Origin: Candidatus Wirthbacteria bacterium CG2_30_54_11
GTDB taxonomy: Bacteria > Patescibacteriota > CG2-30-54-11
Assembly (NCBI GenBank): GCA_001873755.1
Contig: MNZT01000052.1
Location: 1 to 53,596 of the forward strand
Direction: 5' to 3'
Length of the DNA: 53,596 nt
Both the position numbers and the translations under genes were made by a program. The notes under the pieces were generated by a model. The model made no database searches. It was not told where the DNA came from and saw only the letters and a list, made by a program, of their open reading frames with translations. This document shows, piece by piece, positions 34,940 through 43,401 of this stretch; the stretch's first letter is position 1; every line of letters begins with the position of its first letter.

Positions 34940-35701
34940 ATGGCCACGTTCCTGAAGAACCGTCGATATGTCCTGGCCGGCCTCGTCCTCCTGCTTGCCG
35001 CCTCTCTGGCTCTCAAATGGTATGTGGTACAGAACCAGAACACAGACAGCAACAAAGACGCGTCAACCTCAACCGGAACCACCTCAGACAAGGCCCCCCC
35101 GCTCTCCACCCCGCTGTCCGGCAACGCCATCCCCTCCGCAACGACAGCCGCCTCCGATACGGCCCCTGCCGACCGGGGAGACCTGACCCCGCTCCTGCTC
35201 CACATCGGGGAAACGGACCTGACATTCGAGGGATACCCATACGTGAGCAAAAATGCCACCCCAAACCTTTTTCATCTGGTGTTCATCAGCCCATACCTCA
35301 CATCGCCTGATTTTGAATATGGCTATACGGACCCTGCCGCTGATTGGGTCGGCACCTACGCGCTGTCCCGGACAGACAATTTCGTCTACATCCCCATCGG
35401 TCGTACCTCGACCGACCAACCCATCATGCAGACCATGCGCCTGCTGACCGAGACCGCTCTGGCGGAAAAGGTAACGGGATGCTCGACCTCCGCGATCACG
35501 ATCGAGGAAATGTCCGCCACCCGCTACGACTGCAGCAGCGCCACCGGGACCAACCGGAACAACAGCGCGGCCTGTTCGCTCCCCGTGGGCAGCGATTTTC
35601 TGTTCTACGAACAGCATTCTGCGGACAGCACCGTGACCGGAGACATGTGCGCGGTCCTCCGGTCCAACGCTATCACGAGTGTCACCAAAACCGCCCCCTA
35701 G
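34940..35701 (+). CDS. Membrane-anchored/exported hypothetical protein with S/T/A/P-rich linker
   Basis: MATFLKNRRYVLAGLVLLLAASLALKWYVV is an anchor/signal, followed by a low-complexity linker. Start refined from 34790 to the ATG at 34940. Confidence 0.55.
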   Translation: MATFLKNRRYVLAGLVLLLAASLALKWYVVQNQNTDSNKDASTSTGTTSDKAPPLSTPLSGNAIPSATTAASDTAPADRGDLTPLLLHIGETDLTFEGYPYVSKNATPNLFHLVFISPYLTSPDFEYGYTDPAADWVGTYALSRTDNFVYIPIGRTSTDQPIMQTMRLLTETALAEKVTGCSTSAITIEEMSATRYDCSSATGTNRNNSAACSLPVGSDFLFYEQHSADSTVTGDMCAVLRSNAITSVTKTAP

Positions 35702-35707
35702 ATCAGC

Positions 35708-35739
35708 AAAAAGACCACCCGAGAAGGTGGTCTTTTTTT
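35708..35739. terminator. Bidirectional terminator between convergent genes
   Basis: AGACCACC / GGTGGTCT stem (35712-35733), flanked by A5 and T7. Confidence 0.8.
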
Positions 35740-35758
35740 GACGGTCAACTCCAAAAAG

Positions 35759-38700
35759 CTACTCCAGATGCCGTATGGCATCAGCCGGAGAAATCCTCCC
35801 GGCCTGACGGGCAGGGTAGATGCTGGCCAATAGAGAAAGAAAGAAGCTCAAGCCGGTGATGCCGGCCAGTTCCAGGGCCGGAACGGAGAAACCGATCCCG
35901 GCTCCGTTCGCAGACAGCTGCTGCTGGAACATGGTATAGGCCGTGGTGATCCCCATCACCGTTCCGATCACGATTCCGATAGCGGCGATGACCCCGGTCT
36001 CCAGGATTATACTGAGGACCACGTCTCGCCGCTGAAACCCGATGGCCCGGACGATACCGATCTGATGCCGGCGCTCGTGGACCGAACGGATCATCACGAC
36101 GCCAAGTCCTGAAATGCCGATGATCAATCCGACGCCCAGGTAGGCCTGCATGAGCGCAAAGAACATGTTCATGAAATCCAGCTGGCTCTTCAGTTGCGCC
36201 TGCAGGTCGATGATGTCGGCGCCATATTTCGTCAGCGCCCGCTCGAGCCGGCGACTGACCTCCTGTATGTCGCGTCCTTCTGCCACCTCGAGCCGATACG
36301 CCCCCTGCACGGTATAGCGCGAAATACCCAGACTCTCTTCCAGACCGCTGGCCGAAGTATAACTTTCGCCGGTGTCGCTCGTGCCGATGACCCGCCGGAC
36401 GGTACAGTTTTCCGGGATGTCCGCATCACACAGTTTCACTTCACTGCCCAGGACCACCGGATAGGCAGGCTCCTGATCGTCAGGATCGCTGAGCCAGCCG
36501 AGAATTATGGTGTCCGGTTCGGTCAGAAGCAGCTTCCAGGTCTCAACGGCAGACATATCCTGATCGAGGCGCTCCTTGAGCGGCAGCGCCCGGACCGAGG
36601 ACAGATTGTCCTCGTCCATCATGGCCACCGGCACGAACACCGGAGGGGCATCCGCTGCGGCCTGATCCGGCATGGTAAGCAGCTTGGACCGTTCCACTTC
36701 GATTCGGGAAAGGTCATCGAAGAGGGACGGATCTGCCCCGTTGAGCGCCGCTTCTAGATCAAAAGCTGGATTGGACATACGGAACTGTATTCTGAGGTCA
36801 TATCCCTGGAGGTACTGTTCACGCATGTGGGTGAACCCGGTCCTCTGCAGGTGTTTCATCACCGCGATGAGGGTGACCGAAAAGATCACGATCGCATACA
36901 TGAAGATGGTCAGTCCGGTTCGGAGGCGCGAGCTGAGCGGATACGACACCGCCATTTTCAAAAGCGCTCCCAGCCGGGGCCTCCATGCGGTCAGGAGGCG
37001 GACCGGTCCGATGATGAGCCGGTCGAAATAAACAACCAGCACAACAGCCGCCGTGAGCAGGAGCAATCCTGCCGAGATAAAAGCAATCGGATCATCATAG
37101 AAGCCCGGGATGATCTTCCCCGCGCAGAGCGCATAGACACCGACCGACAGGGACGAGATGGTCATGACCCATTTTTCAGAAAACAGCACCCGGAACATGA
37201 AAGCTCCCCCGGCTGCCACCACGCAGGGACCCAGGAGGTAGAGCGGGGCGCGGCCGGAGCTGAAAACAGAACCCAGAGAGGTCAGGAGCATGCCCAGCAG
37301 GATGGTCATTCCTCCGGCGATAAAACCTGCCCGGCTCCTCTTCTTTCCGTGGGAGGGCGGGATATCACGCAGCGCCGAGACGATGTTCATACTGCTGATC
37401 CGCAGACTGGTAAACAGTACGGTGACGCAGGCGATAGAAAAACCAAGAAGGACGGAAAGCAGGAAATGCTGCCAGGACAGATCGAAACTGAGGAAGAAGG
37501 TCGAAGGCAGGGACAATTTTCCGGCCAGTTTTTGCCCGAGCGTGATAGCACCCCAGGCCGCCCCGGCCCCCGCCACCGCGCCCACGATCGACGAAGCAAA
37601 GGAATACAACATCCCTTCCATGAGGAACATGCCGGCGACAGCGCTTTTCCTGAATCCCATGGCACGCATGAGCCCGATCTCTGATTTCCGCTCTTCCCCG
37701 AGCAGGGTGAAAATGTTGACGATAAGCACGATACCGGCCACTATACTGAATCCGCTGAGGATGAGGAACAGGGCGGTGAAGGCCTGACCGATGAGATCGG
37801 CACTGGCTTTTCCCTCTTCTTTGACCGCCCGGACGGAAAAAACTATCTCGGAAGACTCGGGATGCTGCTCCTGATAGGAGATCACATACTGCTTGAGTAG
37901 CCCCTTGGCCTCCTCCGATTTCAGCACCCCACGATGCCTATCCCCGACATTAGACACCATGACCATGTTGATGGGATTGGGCGGCAGCTCCCGAATGAGC
38001 TGCCGGAAGGTGTCCATCTCTTTATTGAAGAATGAATTTTTGGTCAAAAACGAGAGGTAGTTGTTGGACAGAAAATCCAGGGTACCTTCGAACGCATTCA
38101 GGATCTCGTAGACGCTGTCCAGATTCAGGAGGATGGTGTACCCCTGCATATGAATGGTCGGAAAATCCCGCCGGGCAATAATCTTTTTGACCGTGAAGGT
38201 CTTGTCCACGCCCCAAAGATACAGTTTGAGCTGGCTTCCTTCGGAGAGATTGAGCGCTTTGGCCAGTTCATCGGAAACGATGCATTCCTTCAGACTGAAA
38301 TCCGGGACTGATGGCTGTCTGGTAAAGGTCCTGAAGTCGTCTATTCTCGTCCCGATGATGGTCACGCTCGGTTCGGATGAGAGCACTTCGCCGGAGGAAC
38401 CGTCGAGGTGCTCAGCTGCCATATACCCCAGAAGTGCAGGCATATAGGCTTCCACGATATCGTCTTTCTGCTCCCGCAGGTACGCGACGACCGATTCCGG
38501 GAAAAAAACACTTTTCACGCTCTGGATGGAAAAAAAGTCTGTCTGATCCGAAGCGGCCTGGGTGACTACGACTTCATCAAGTTCGCCGAGCTGATCCAGT
38601 ATCGTCTTGTAGAGAGAGTCTTTCAGCGTATCCCCGATAGCGAGCGACGATGACAGCAGCGCGGTCCCGACCATGGTGCCGATGAGGATGAGAACAGCCG

Positions 38701-38821
38701 TGGCCCGTCTGCGGGCAATGGCGCGCACAGCCATACGGACGAGCAGCGGAAGCCGGATAGCGCGATAGGCGAACCAGCCGAGAAATAAGCTAACAATGAT
38801 CAAAGCTATGATCAGGACCAT
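35759..38821 (-). CDS. ABC transporter permease with two FtsX modules (about 10 TMS, MacB-related)
   Basis: Two FtsX-type blocks: EERKSEIGLMRAMGFRKSAVAGMFLMEGMLYSF and ERRHQIGIVRAIGFQRRDVVLSIILETGVIAAIG. The start is uncertain (38821 or the internal ATG near 38734, MAVRAIARRR). Confidence 0.85.
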   Translation of the reverse strand: MVLIIALIIVSLFLGWFAYRAIRLPLLVRMAVRAIARRRATAVLILIGTMVGTALLSSSLAIGDTLKDSLYKTILDQLGELDEVVVTQAASDQTDFFSIQSVKSVFFPESVVAYLREQKDDIVEAYMPALLGYMAAEHLDGSSGEVLSSEPSVTIIGTRIDDFRTFTRQPSVPDFSLKECIVSDELAKALNLSEGSQLKLYLWGVDKTFTVKKIIARRDFPTIHMQGYTILLNLDSVYEILNAFEGTLDFLSNNYLSFLTKNSFFNKEMDTFRQLIRELPPNPINMVMVSNVGDRHRGVLKSEEAKGLLKQYVISYQEQHPESSEIVFSVRAVKEEGKASADLIGQAFTALFLILSGFSIVAGIVLIVNIFTLLGEERKSEIGLMRAMGFRKSAVAGMFLMEGMLYSFASSIVGAVAGAGAAWGAITLGQKLAGKLSLPSTFFLSFDLSWQHFLLSVLLGFSIACVTVLFTSLRISSMNIVSALRDIPPSHGKKRSRAGFIAGGMTILLGMLLTSLGSVFSSGRAPLYLLGPCVVAAGGAFMFRVLFSEKWVMTISSLSVGVYALCAGKIIPGFYDDPIAFISAGLLLLTAAVVLVVYFDRLIIGPVRLLTAWRPRLGALLKMAVSYPLSSRLRTGLTIFMYAIVIFSVTLIAVMKHLQRTGFTHMREQYLQGYDLRIQFRMSNPAFDLEAALNGADPSLFDDLSRIEVERSKLLTMPDQAAADAPPVFVPVAMMDEDNLSSVRALPLKERLDQDMSAVETWKLLLTEPDTIILGWLSDPDDQEPAYPVVLGSEVKLCDADIPENCTVRRVIGTSDTGESYTSASGLEESLGISRYTVQGAYRLEVAEGRDIQEVSRRLERALTKYGADIIDLQAQLKSQLDFMNMFFALMQAYLGVGLIIGISGLGVVMIRSVHERRHQIGIVRAIGFQRRDVVLSIILETGVIAAIGIVIGTVMGITTAYTMFQQQLSANGAGIGFSVPALELAGITGLSFFLSLLASIYPARQAGRISPADAIRHLE

Positions 38822-38844
38822 ACAAACCTGTAAAGGTCAGAAAA

Positions 38845-39525
38845 TTAGGAGGTGATCTGTCCGCCCTGCATGCGGACGATCCGGTGCGCACGGTCACCGA
38901 GCACCGCGTTATGGGTCACCATGACGATGGTCTGTTTTTCTCTACGGTTGATCTCAGAGAACCGGTCCATGACTGCGAGAGCGGACGGCTCGTCCAGATC
39001 GCCGGTAGGCTCATCAGCCCAGAGGATAACGGGGTCATTGGCAAGAGCGCGGGCAATGGCCGTCCGCTGCCTCTGACCGCCGCTCATCTGCGAAGGCATG
39101 TGATTGACTCGATCTTCCAGCCCGACGGCCGACAAAAGCGACAAGGCTTTTTCCCGTGCCTGTTTGGCTGTTCTTCCCAAAAAAAGCAACGGGAGTTCGA
39201 CATTTTCCAGCGCAGTGAGCACCGGAATCAGGTTATTGTACTGGAAGACAAAACCCATGGTCCGGGCCCGGAGGTCCGTCCTTGGTTTATCTTTCAGGCT
39301 GTGCAGGTCGGTCCCGTCGATCCTGACGGTACCGCAGTCGATATCGTCGAGGCCGGACAGGCAGTTGAGCAGGGTCGTTTTCCCGCAGCCCGAAGGACCC
39401 ATGACCGCCACTATTTCGCCTTTCGATACGGCAAAGGAAACCTTCTTCAGCGCTTCGATTGTGGTATCTCCGACCAGGTAGCTCTTCCGCACATCGGTCG
39501 CTTCGATCGCACAGGGAGCTGTCAT
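38845..39525 (-). CDS. ABC transporter ATP-binding protein
   Basis: GPSGCGKTT, MSGGQRQR, LWADEPTGDLD, VTH. Start refined to the ATG at 39525 (RBS GAAGGTG). Confidence 0.9.
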   Translation of the reverse strand: MTAPCAIEATDVRKSYLVGDTTIEALKKVSFAVSKGEIVAVMGPSGCGKTTLLNCLSGLDDIDCGTVRIDGTDLHSLKDKPRTDLRARTMGFVFQYNNLIPVLTALENVELPLLFLGRTAKQAREKALSLLSAVGLEDRVNHMPSQMSGGQRQRTAIARALANDPVILWADEPTGDLDEPSALAVMDRFSEINRREKQTIVMVTHNAVLGDRAHRIVRMQGGQITS

Positions 39526-39607
39526 TTCAGTCACCTTCTTTAGCCTGAATAACGGCGGTATCATATCATATGATGCTAAATGCGGAATATACGTTGCAGG
39601 TTCGCGA

Positions 39608-39668
39608 GTTAACGGGTTAACGAGTTTTTCCGGGAACCCGCAACTCGTGAACTCGTTAACCCGTTAAC
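39608..39668. repeat. Perfect 19-bp inverted repeat carrying four GTTAAC palindromes
   Basis: GTTAACGGGTTAACGAGTT (39608-39626) and AACTCGTTAACCCGTTAAC (39650-39668) are exact reverse complements separated by 23 nt. Located in the divergent ABC/recA intergenic region. Confidence 0.7.
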
Positions 39669-39675
39669 GCATTTC

Positions 39676-39719
39676 TTGTACCACAGTACAAAGACATCGC
39701 TGATCACTGGTTGTATGAT
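39676..39719 (+). promoter_or_regulatory. Copy 3 of the conserved 21-nt motif plus promoter (upstream of recA)
   Basis: TTGTACCACAGTACAAAGACA (39676-39696; core TTGTAC-N4-GTACAA). The -10 TATGAT (39714-39719) lies 17 nt after AAGACA. Confidence 0.5.
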
Positions 39720-39850
39720 GCGAACGGTCGACAAGATACCTTGTAATGCAGGGTTTTCCTTTGTATACTGTTCTCGTTCGATAAAATCATACCAAAACAC
39801 AGCCCCTGCCTGTGTTTTTTGTGTACTTACAGCCATTTAGGAGGTGCCAG

Positions 39851-41032
39851 ATGACAGATCCCAACAAACAGAAAGCTCTCGAACTCGCCATGATCCAGAT
39901 CGAAAAAACTTTCGGCAAAGGCTCGATCATGAAACTCGGGGACAAGGAAAAACAGGAAGTCGATATCATCTCGACCGGCTCCATCGCACTCGACATCGCA
40001 CTCGGCGTCGGCGGCGTTCCCCGGGGCCGGATCACGGAAATCTATGGACCAGAATCTTCCGGCAAGACCACCCTGTGCTCCCATATCATCGCCGAAGCCC
40101 AGAAAAAAGGCGGCACTGTCGCTTTTGTCGATGCTGAGCATGCGTTTGATCCTGTCTACGCCCAGCATATCGGCGTCGATGTCGACAATCTCCTCATCTC
40201 CCAGCCGGATACCGGCGAACAGGCGCTCGAGATCGTCGAGACCCTGGTCCGCAGCGGTGCCGTGGATGTCGTGGTCGTTGATTCCGTCGCGGCCCTGACC
40301 CCCAGAGCCGAGATCGAAGGCGAAATGGGAGACAGCCACATGGGCCTCCATGCCCGCCTCATGAGCCAGGCTCTGCGCAAGCTCGCCGGCGTCGTGTCCA
40401 AGACCAACACCGCTCTCATCTTCACCAATCAGATCCGCATGAAGATCGGCGTCATGTTCGGCAACCCGGAGACCACCACCGGCGGCCAGGCGCTCAAGTT
40501 CTACGCCTCCATCCGCATCGACATCCGCCGCAAAGAAGCCATCAAGAAGGGCGATGAAGTCATGGGCAATCACGTCCTCGCCCGGGTAGTGAAGAACAAG
40601 GTCGCCGCCCCCTTCCGCAGCGCCGAATTCGATATCATGTACAACGAAGGTATCTCGTACGAAGGTGGCCTCATCGATGTCGGCACCGAAGTCGATGTGG
40701 TAGAGAAGAGCGGCAGCTGGTATAGCTTCGAGGGCGAACGCATCGGCCAGGGCAAGGAAGCCGCCAAGGAATTCCTCCGTGCCAATCCTGAAATCTCCAA
40801 GAAGATCGATGCCCGTCTGCGCGTCAAAGCAGAAGATCTCACCCTGACCCAGGTAGCCGGGCACGAGACGGAAGAATCAGAAGACAATGAAGCCGCAGAA
40901 GCCCCGGTTCCGACCGTCTCCTCCGTCTCCACCAAGTCAGCGGAATTCAAACCCGCCGCACCGGCAGCCGCCTCCAAGAAGGAAGAAGCTTCCCGTTCTT
41001 CCTCCACGATGCCCGGCGACGATATCTTCTAG
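39851..41032 (+). CDS. recA: Recombinase RecA (393 aa, with about 45-aa low-complexity acidic/Ala-Pro C-terminal tail)
   Basis: [25 protein letters not shown], Walker [62 protein letters not shown] and the ATG at 39851 (the track starts at 39812). Confidence 0.95.
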   Translation: MTDPNKQKALELAMIQIEKTFGKGSIMKLGDKEKQEVDIISTGSIALDIALGVGGVPRGRITEIYGPESSGKTTLCSHIIAEAQKKGGTVAFVDAEHAFDPVYAQHIGVDVDNLLISQPDTGEQALEIVETLVRSGAVDVVVVDSVAALTPRAEIEGEMGDSHMGLHARLMSQALRKLAGVVSKTNTALIFTNQIRMKIGVMFGNPETTTGGQALKFYASIRIDIRRKEAIKKGDEVMGNHVLARVVKNKVAAPFRSAEFDIMYNEGISYEGGLIDVGTEVDVVEKSGSWYSFEGERIGQGKEAAKEFLRANPEISKKIDARLRVKAEDLTLTQVAGHETEESEDNEAAEAPVPTVSSVSTKSAEFKPAAPAAASKKEEASRSSSTMPGDDIF

Positions 41033-41109
41033 TTTGTCAGCCCTGACACAAAAGAGTTTAATAGACACGGGCGCCCGTCGCGCCCGTGTTTTTGATACGG
41101 GGAGGATCC

Positions 41110-41625
41110 ATGAACGACCAGTTTTCTGCCTGGATAGACAGCTACGCCTATCAGCTGCTTGCCCGCCGCGACTATGCGGTAAAAGAGCTGCGGGAAAAGA
41201 TCATCCGGGCCGCAGAAAAAAAGTTCGAAGCGCTGGACGAAGCTCACGAGGACGAGGTTCGGCAACTAATCGAGACGCTCGAGCAGCGCGGGCACCTCGA
41301 CGAAGACCGCTTCATCCGCGCCTGGATAGCGAACCGCATTGCCTATAAACCCAGAAGCCGGTATATGCTTCTTCAGGAACTGCGCCTGCACGGAGCAGAC
41401 CTGGACCTGGCCGAAAGGATCCTAAAAGAAGAGGTCCCCCCGGCAGTGGAAAAGAAGATGGCTGCCTCCTTGGCCGGGAAGAAAGGGCGAACCCAGAAAG
41501 ACCCCCAAAAAATCATAGCCTATCTTTCTTCCAAAGGATTTTCCTACGAAACCATACGAAGCGTTTTAGGAAACCAGGACAGCGAAAAGGCCAGACAAAA
41601 ATCCCCCTTGGTCCCCCTTTCCTAA
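41110..41625 (+). CDS. recX: Recombination regulator RecX
   Basis: Position directly after recA. YAYQLLARRDYAVKELREKI, DEDRFIRAWI and KIIAYLSSKGFSYETI are RecX-type three-helix repeats. GGAGGAT RBS and the ATG at 41110. Confidence 0.8.
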   Translation: MNDQFSAWIDSYAYQLLARRDYAVKELREKIIRAAEKKFEALDEAHEDEVRQLIETLEQRGHLDEDRFIRAWIANRIAYKPRSRYMLLQELRLHGADLDLAERILKEEVPPAVEKKMAASLAGKKGRTQKDPQKIIAYLSSKGFSYETIRSVLGNQDSEKARQKSPLVPLS

Positions 41626-41733
41626 AGGGGGAAAATGCCATCAAGGATAAACAAGGCCAATTAAGATTTTTCGCTCTCAAGAGGCTTGCAGATGAACCCG
41701 TTTTTGTGTAGGATACATGAGCCTAATCGTATG

Positions 41734-41742
41734 TTATCCACA
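41734..41742 (+). promoter_or_regulatory. Perfect consensus DnaA box TTATCCACA just upstream of dnaA
   Basis: Exact 9/9 match to TTATCCACA at 41734-41742. Confidence 0.6.
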
Positions 41743-41761
41743 AGACAGAAAAATCCTTTCT

Positions 41762-43180
41762 ATGACAGAAACAACTCCGCTCGACATGGTGCGCGTCTGG
41801 TCAGCAGTTTTGAGTGAGCTGGAACTGGTGGTCAGCAAGGCAAATTTCGAAACCTGGATCAAAAATACACGCCTCGTGTCCTATGAACCCGGCCTCTGCA
41901 CAATCGGGACCAATAATGGCTTCACCAAAGGACGATTGGAGACTAAGTATCTCCCTCTTCTGGAAAAAGCCGTGTCCTCATACTTCAAAGAATCTACCAA
42001 GGTTGTCTGTCAGATCGTCGCTTTTCCGGTGGTTGATTCCCTGCCGTCCAATGGACTCTTCAGCCCTACACTGAACGGAAATGGTTTTCCACAACATGTG
42101 GATAACATCAGAGCATCGACTGCTTCCCGGCCTGGCGCCGCCCTTCCTTCGCAGCCACCGCTGACCTTAAACGCCCGCTTTTCCTTTGACACCTTCGTGG
42201 TCGGCAACAACAACCGTCTGGCTCACGCCGCCGCCGTGGCGGTCGCCGAAAGTCCGGGGGAAGCGTACAATCCTTTGTTCCTCTATGGCGGGGTCGGGCT
42301 GGGCAAAACCCACCTCATGCACGCCATCTCCCAGTTCATCCTGGGCAAACATCCGGAAAAAACCATCCAGTATGTCTCCTCAGAAAAATTCACCAACGAA
42401 CTGATCGCCTCCATCCGCAGCAACAAAACCGAGGAGTTCCGACAGAGATACCGCACTGTGGACGCCCTGCTCATCGACGATGTGCAGTTCATCGCCGGCA
42501 AGGACTCCACCCAGGAGGAATTTTTTCATACCTTCAATGCCATCTATGAAGCCGGCCATCAGATCGTCCTGACCTCGGACCGGCCTCCGAAAGCGATTCC
42601 CACCCTGGAAGCCCGCCTGCAATCCAGGTTTGCTGCCGGCCTGATCGCCGACATCCAGAAACCTGATTTCGAGACCCGCACCGCCATCCTCACGGCCAAA
42701 GCGCAGGAGCGCGGACTGAATCTCCCCCAGGAAGTCATCTACTTCATCGCCTCCCAGATCTCCTCCAATATCCGGGAGCTGGAAGGTGCACTGACCCGGA
42801 TCGTCTCCCACTGCCACGTCCACGGCCTTCCTATCAACAAAGAGATCGCCGCCAACGTGCTGAGCATGTACACCCAGAGGTCCGCCGAAAAGAAACTTTC
42901 CCTTCCCCACATCATCGACGTGGTCTGCGACTTCTACCGCGTGGAGCGCGAACAGATCACCGGCACTTCCCGACGCAAAGAATATGTCTGCCCGCGCCAG
43001 ATCGCCATGTACCTTATGCGGGAAAAAGCAGAGGCTTCTCTGAACCAGATCGGCTCAGAATTCGGAGGCAAGGACCACACGACCGTGCTGCACGCCTGCC
43101 AGAAAATCACCGACCTGCTGGATCTGAACGATGATCTCAAGAAGGAAATCGGGGAGTTGGAGCAGCGGCTCGGTGCCTGA
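41762..43180 (+). CDS. dnaA: Chromosomal replication initiator DnaA
   Basis: VWSAVLSELE..FETWIK (domain I). AAA+ GGVGLGKTHLMHAI, LLIDDVQF, box VII. C-terminal HTH KDHTTVLHACQKI. An alternative upstream ATG at 41717 would place the DnaA box inside the ORF. Confidence 0.93.
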   Translation: MTETTPLDMVRVWSAVLSELELVVSKANFETWIKNTRLVSYEPGLCTIGTNNGFTKGRLETKYLPLLEKAVSSYFKESTKVVCQIVAFPVVDSLPSNGLFSPTLNGNGFPQHVDNIRASTASRPGAALPSQPPLTLNARFSFDTFVVGNNNRLAHAAAVAVAESPGEAYNPLFLYGGVGLGKTHLMHAISQFILGKHPEKTIQYVSSEKFTNELIASIRSNKTEEFRQRYRTVDALLIDDVQFIAGKDSTQEEFFHTFNAIYEAGHQIVLTSDRPPKAIPTLEARLQSRFAAGLIADIQKPDFETRTAILTAKAQERGLNLPQEVIYFIASQISSNIRELEGALTRIVSHCHVHGLPINKEIAANVLSMYTQRSAEKKLSLPHIIDVVCDFYRVEREQITGTSRRKEYVCPRQIAMYLMREKAEASLNQIGSEFGGKDHTTVLHACQKITDLLDLNDDLKKEIGELEQRLGA

Positions 43181-43401
43181 TTTTCCACCACGGCTTGTGC
43201 TTTCCCGGTGAACAACTTGTGCATAGAATACACTCTCCATGGTCTCCGCCTTCCCCTCCTTTTCCACCCACGCGTTTTCCTCAACCTTCCTCCTATACTT
43301 CTGTAATACCAACGCCACCTTTTCGCCTTTTCCACCATTTTCACATCCCTGCGACTACCACGACTATTTTTTATATATAAATTTCCATAAAAGGAGATAC
43401 C
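43181..43401 (+). other. Candidate oriC (dnaA-dnaN intergenic): three direct TTTTCCACC DnaA-box-like repeats plus an AT-rich unwinding stretch
   Basis: TTTTCCACC at 43181-43189, 43260-43268 and 43328-43336. TTTTCACAT at 43338-43346. AT-rich CTATTTTTTATATATAAATTTCCATAAAA at about 43366-43395. Confidence 0.6.

Noticed and set aside
39609-39836. A 75-aa minus-strand ORF in the ABC/recA intergenic region.
   Set aside because: It spans the GTTAAC inverted repeat, the conserved motif and the promoters. It has no RBS and its translation is not protein-like.
39827-40864. A 345-aa ORF antisense to recA. Similar long antisense ORFs lie in the apbE/RnfD region (17167-18198 +), the hydrolase (49003-50385 +) and VirB4 (50467-51855 +).
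   Set aside because: The sense strands encode unmistakable conserved proteins. The antisense products are Gly/Asp/Arg/His-rich shadow ORFs.
40870-41032. The RecA C-terminal extension ending ...PGDDIF, considered as an SSB-like (DDDIPF) interaction tip.
   Set aside because: RecA proteins commonly end in acidic tails (E. coli ends ...NEDF). The resemblance is too short to support a specific claim without comparative data.
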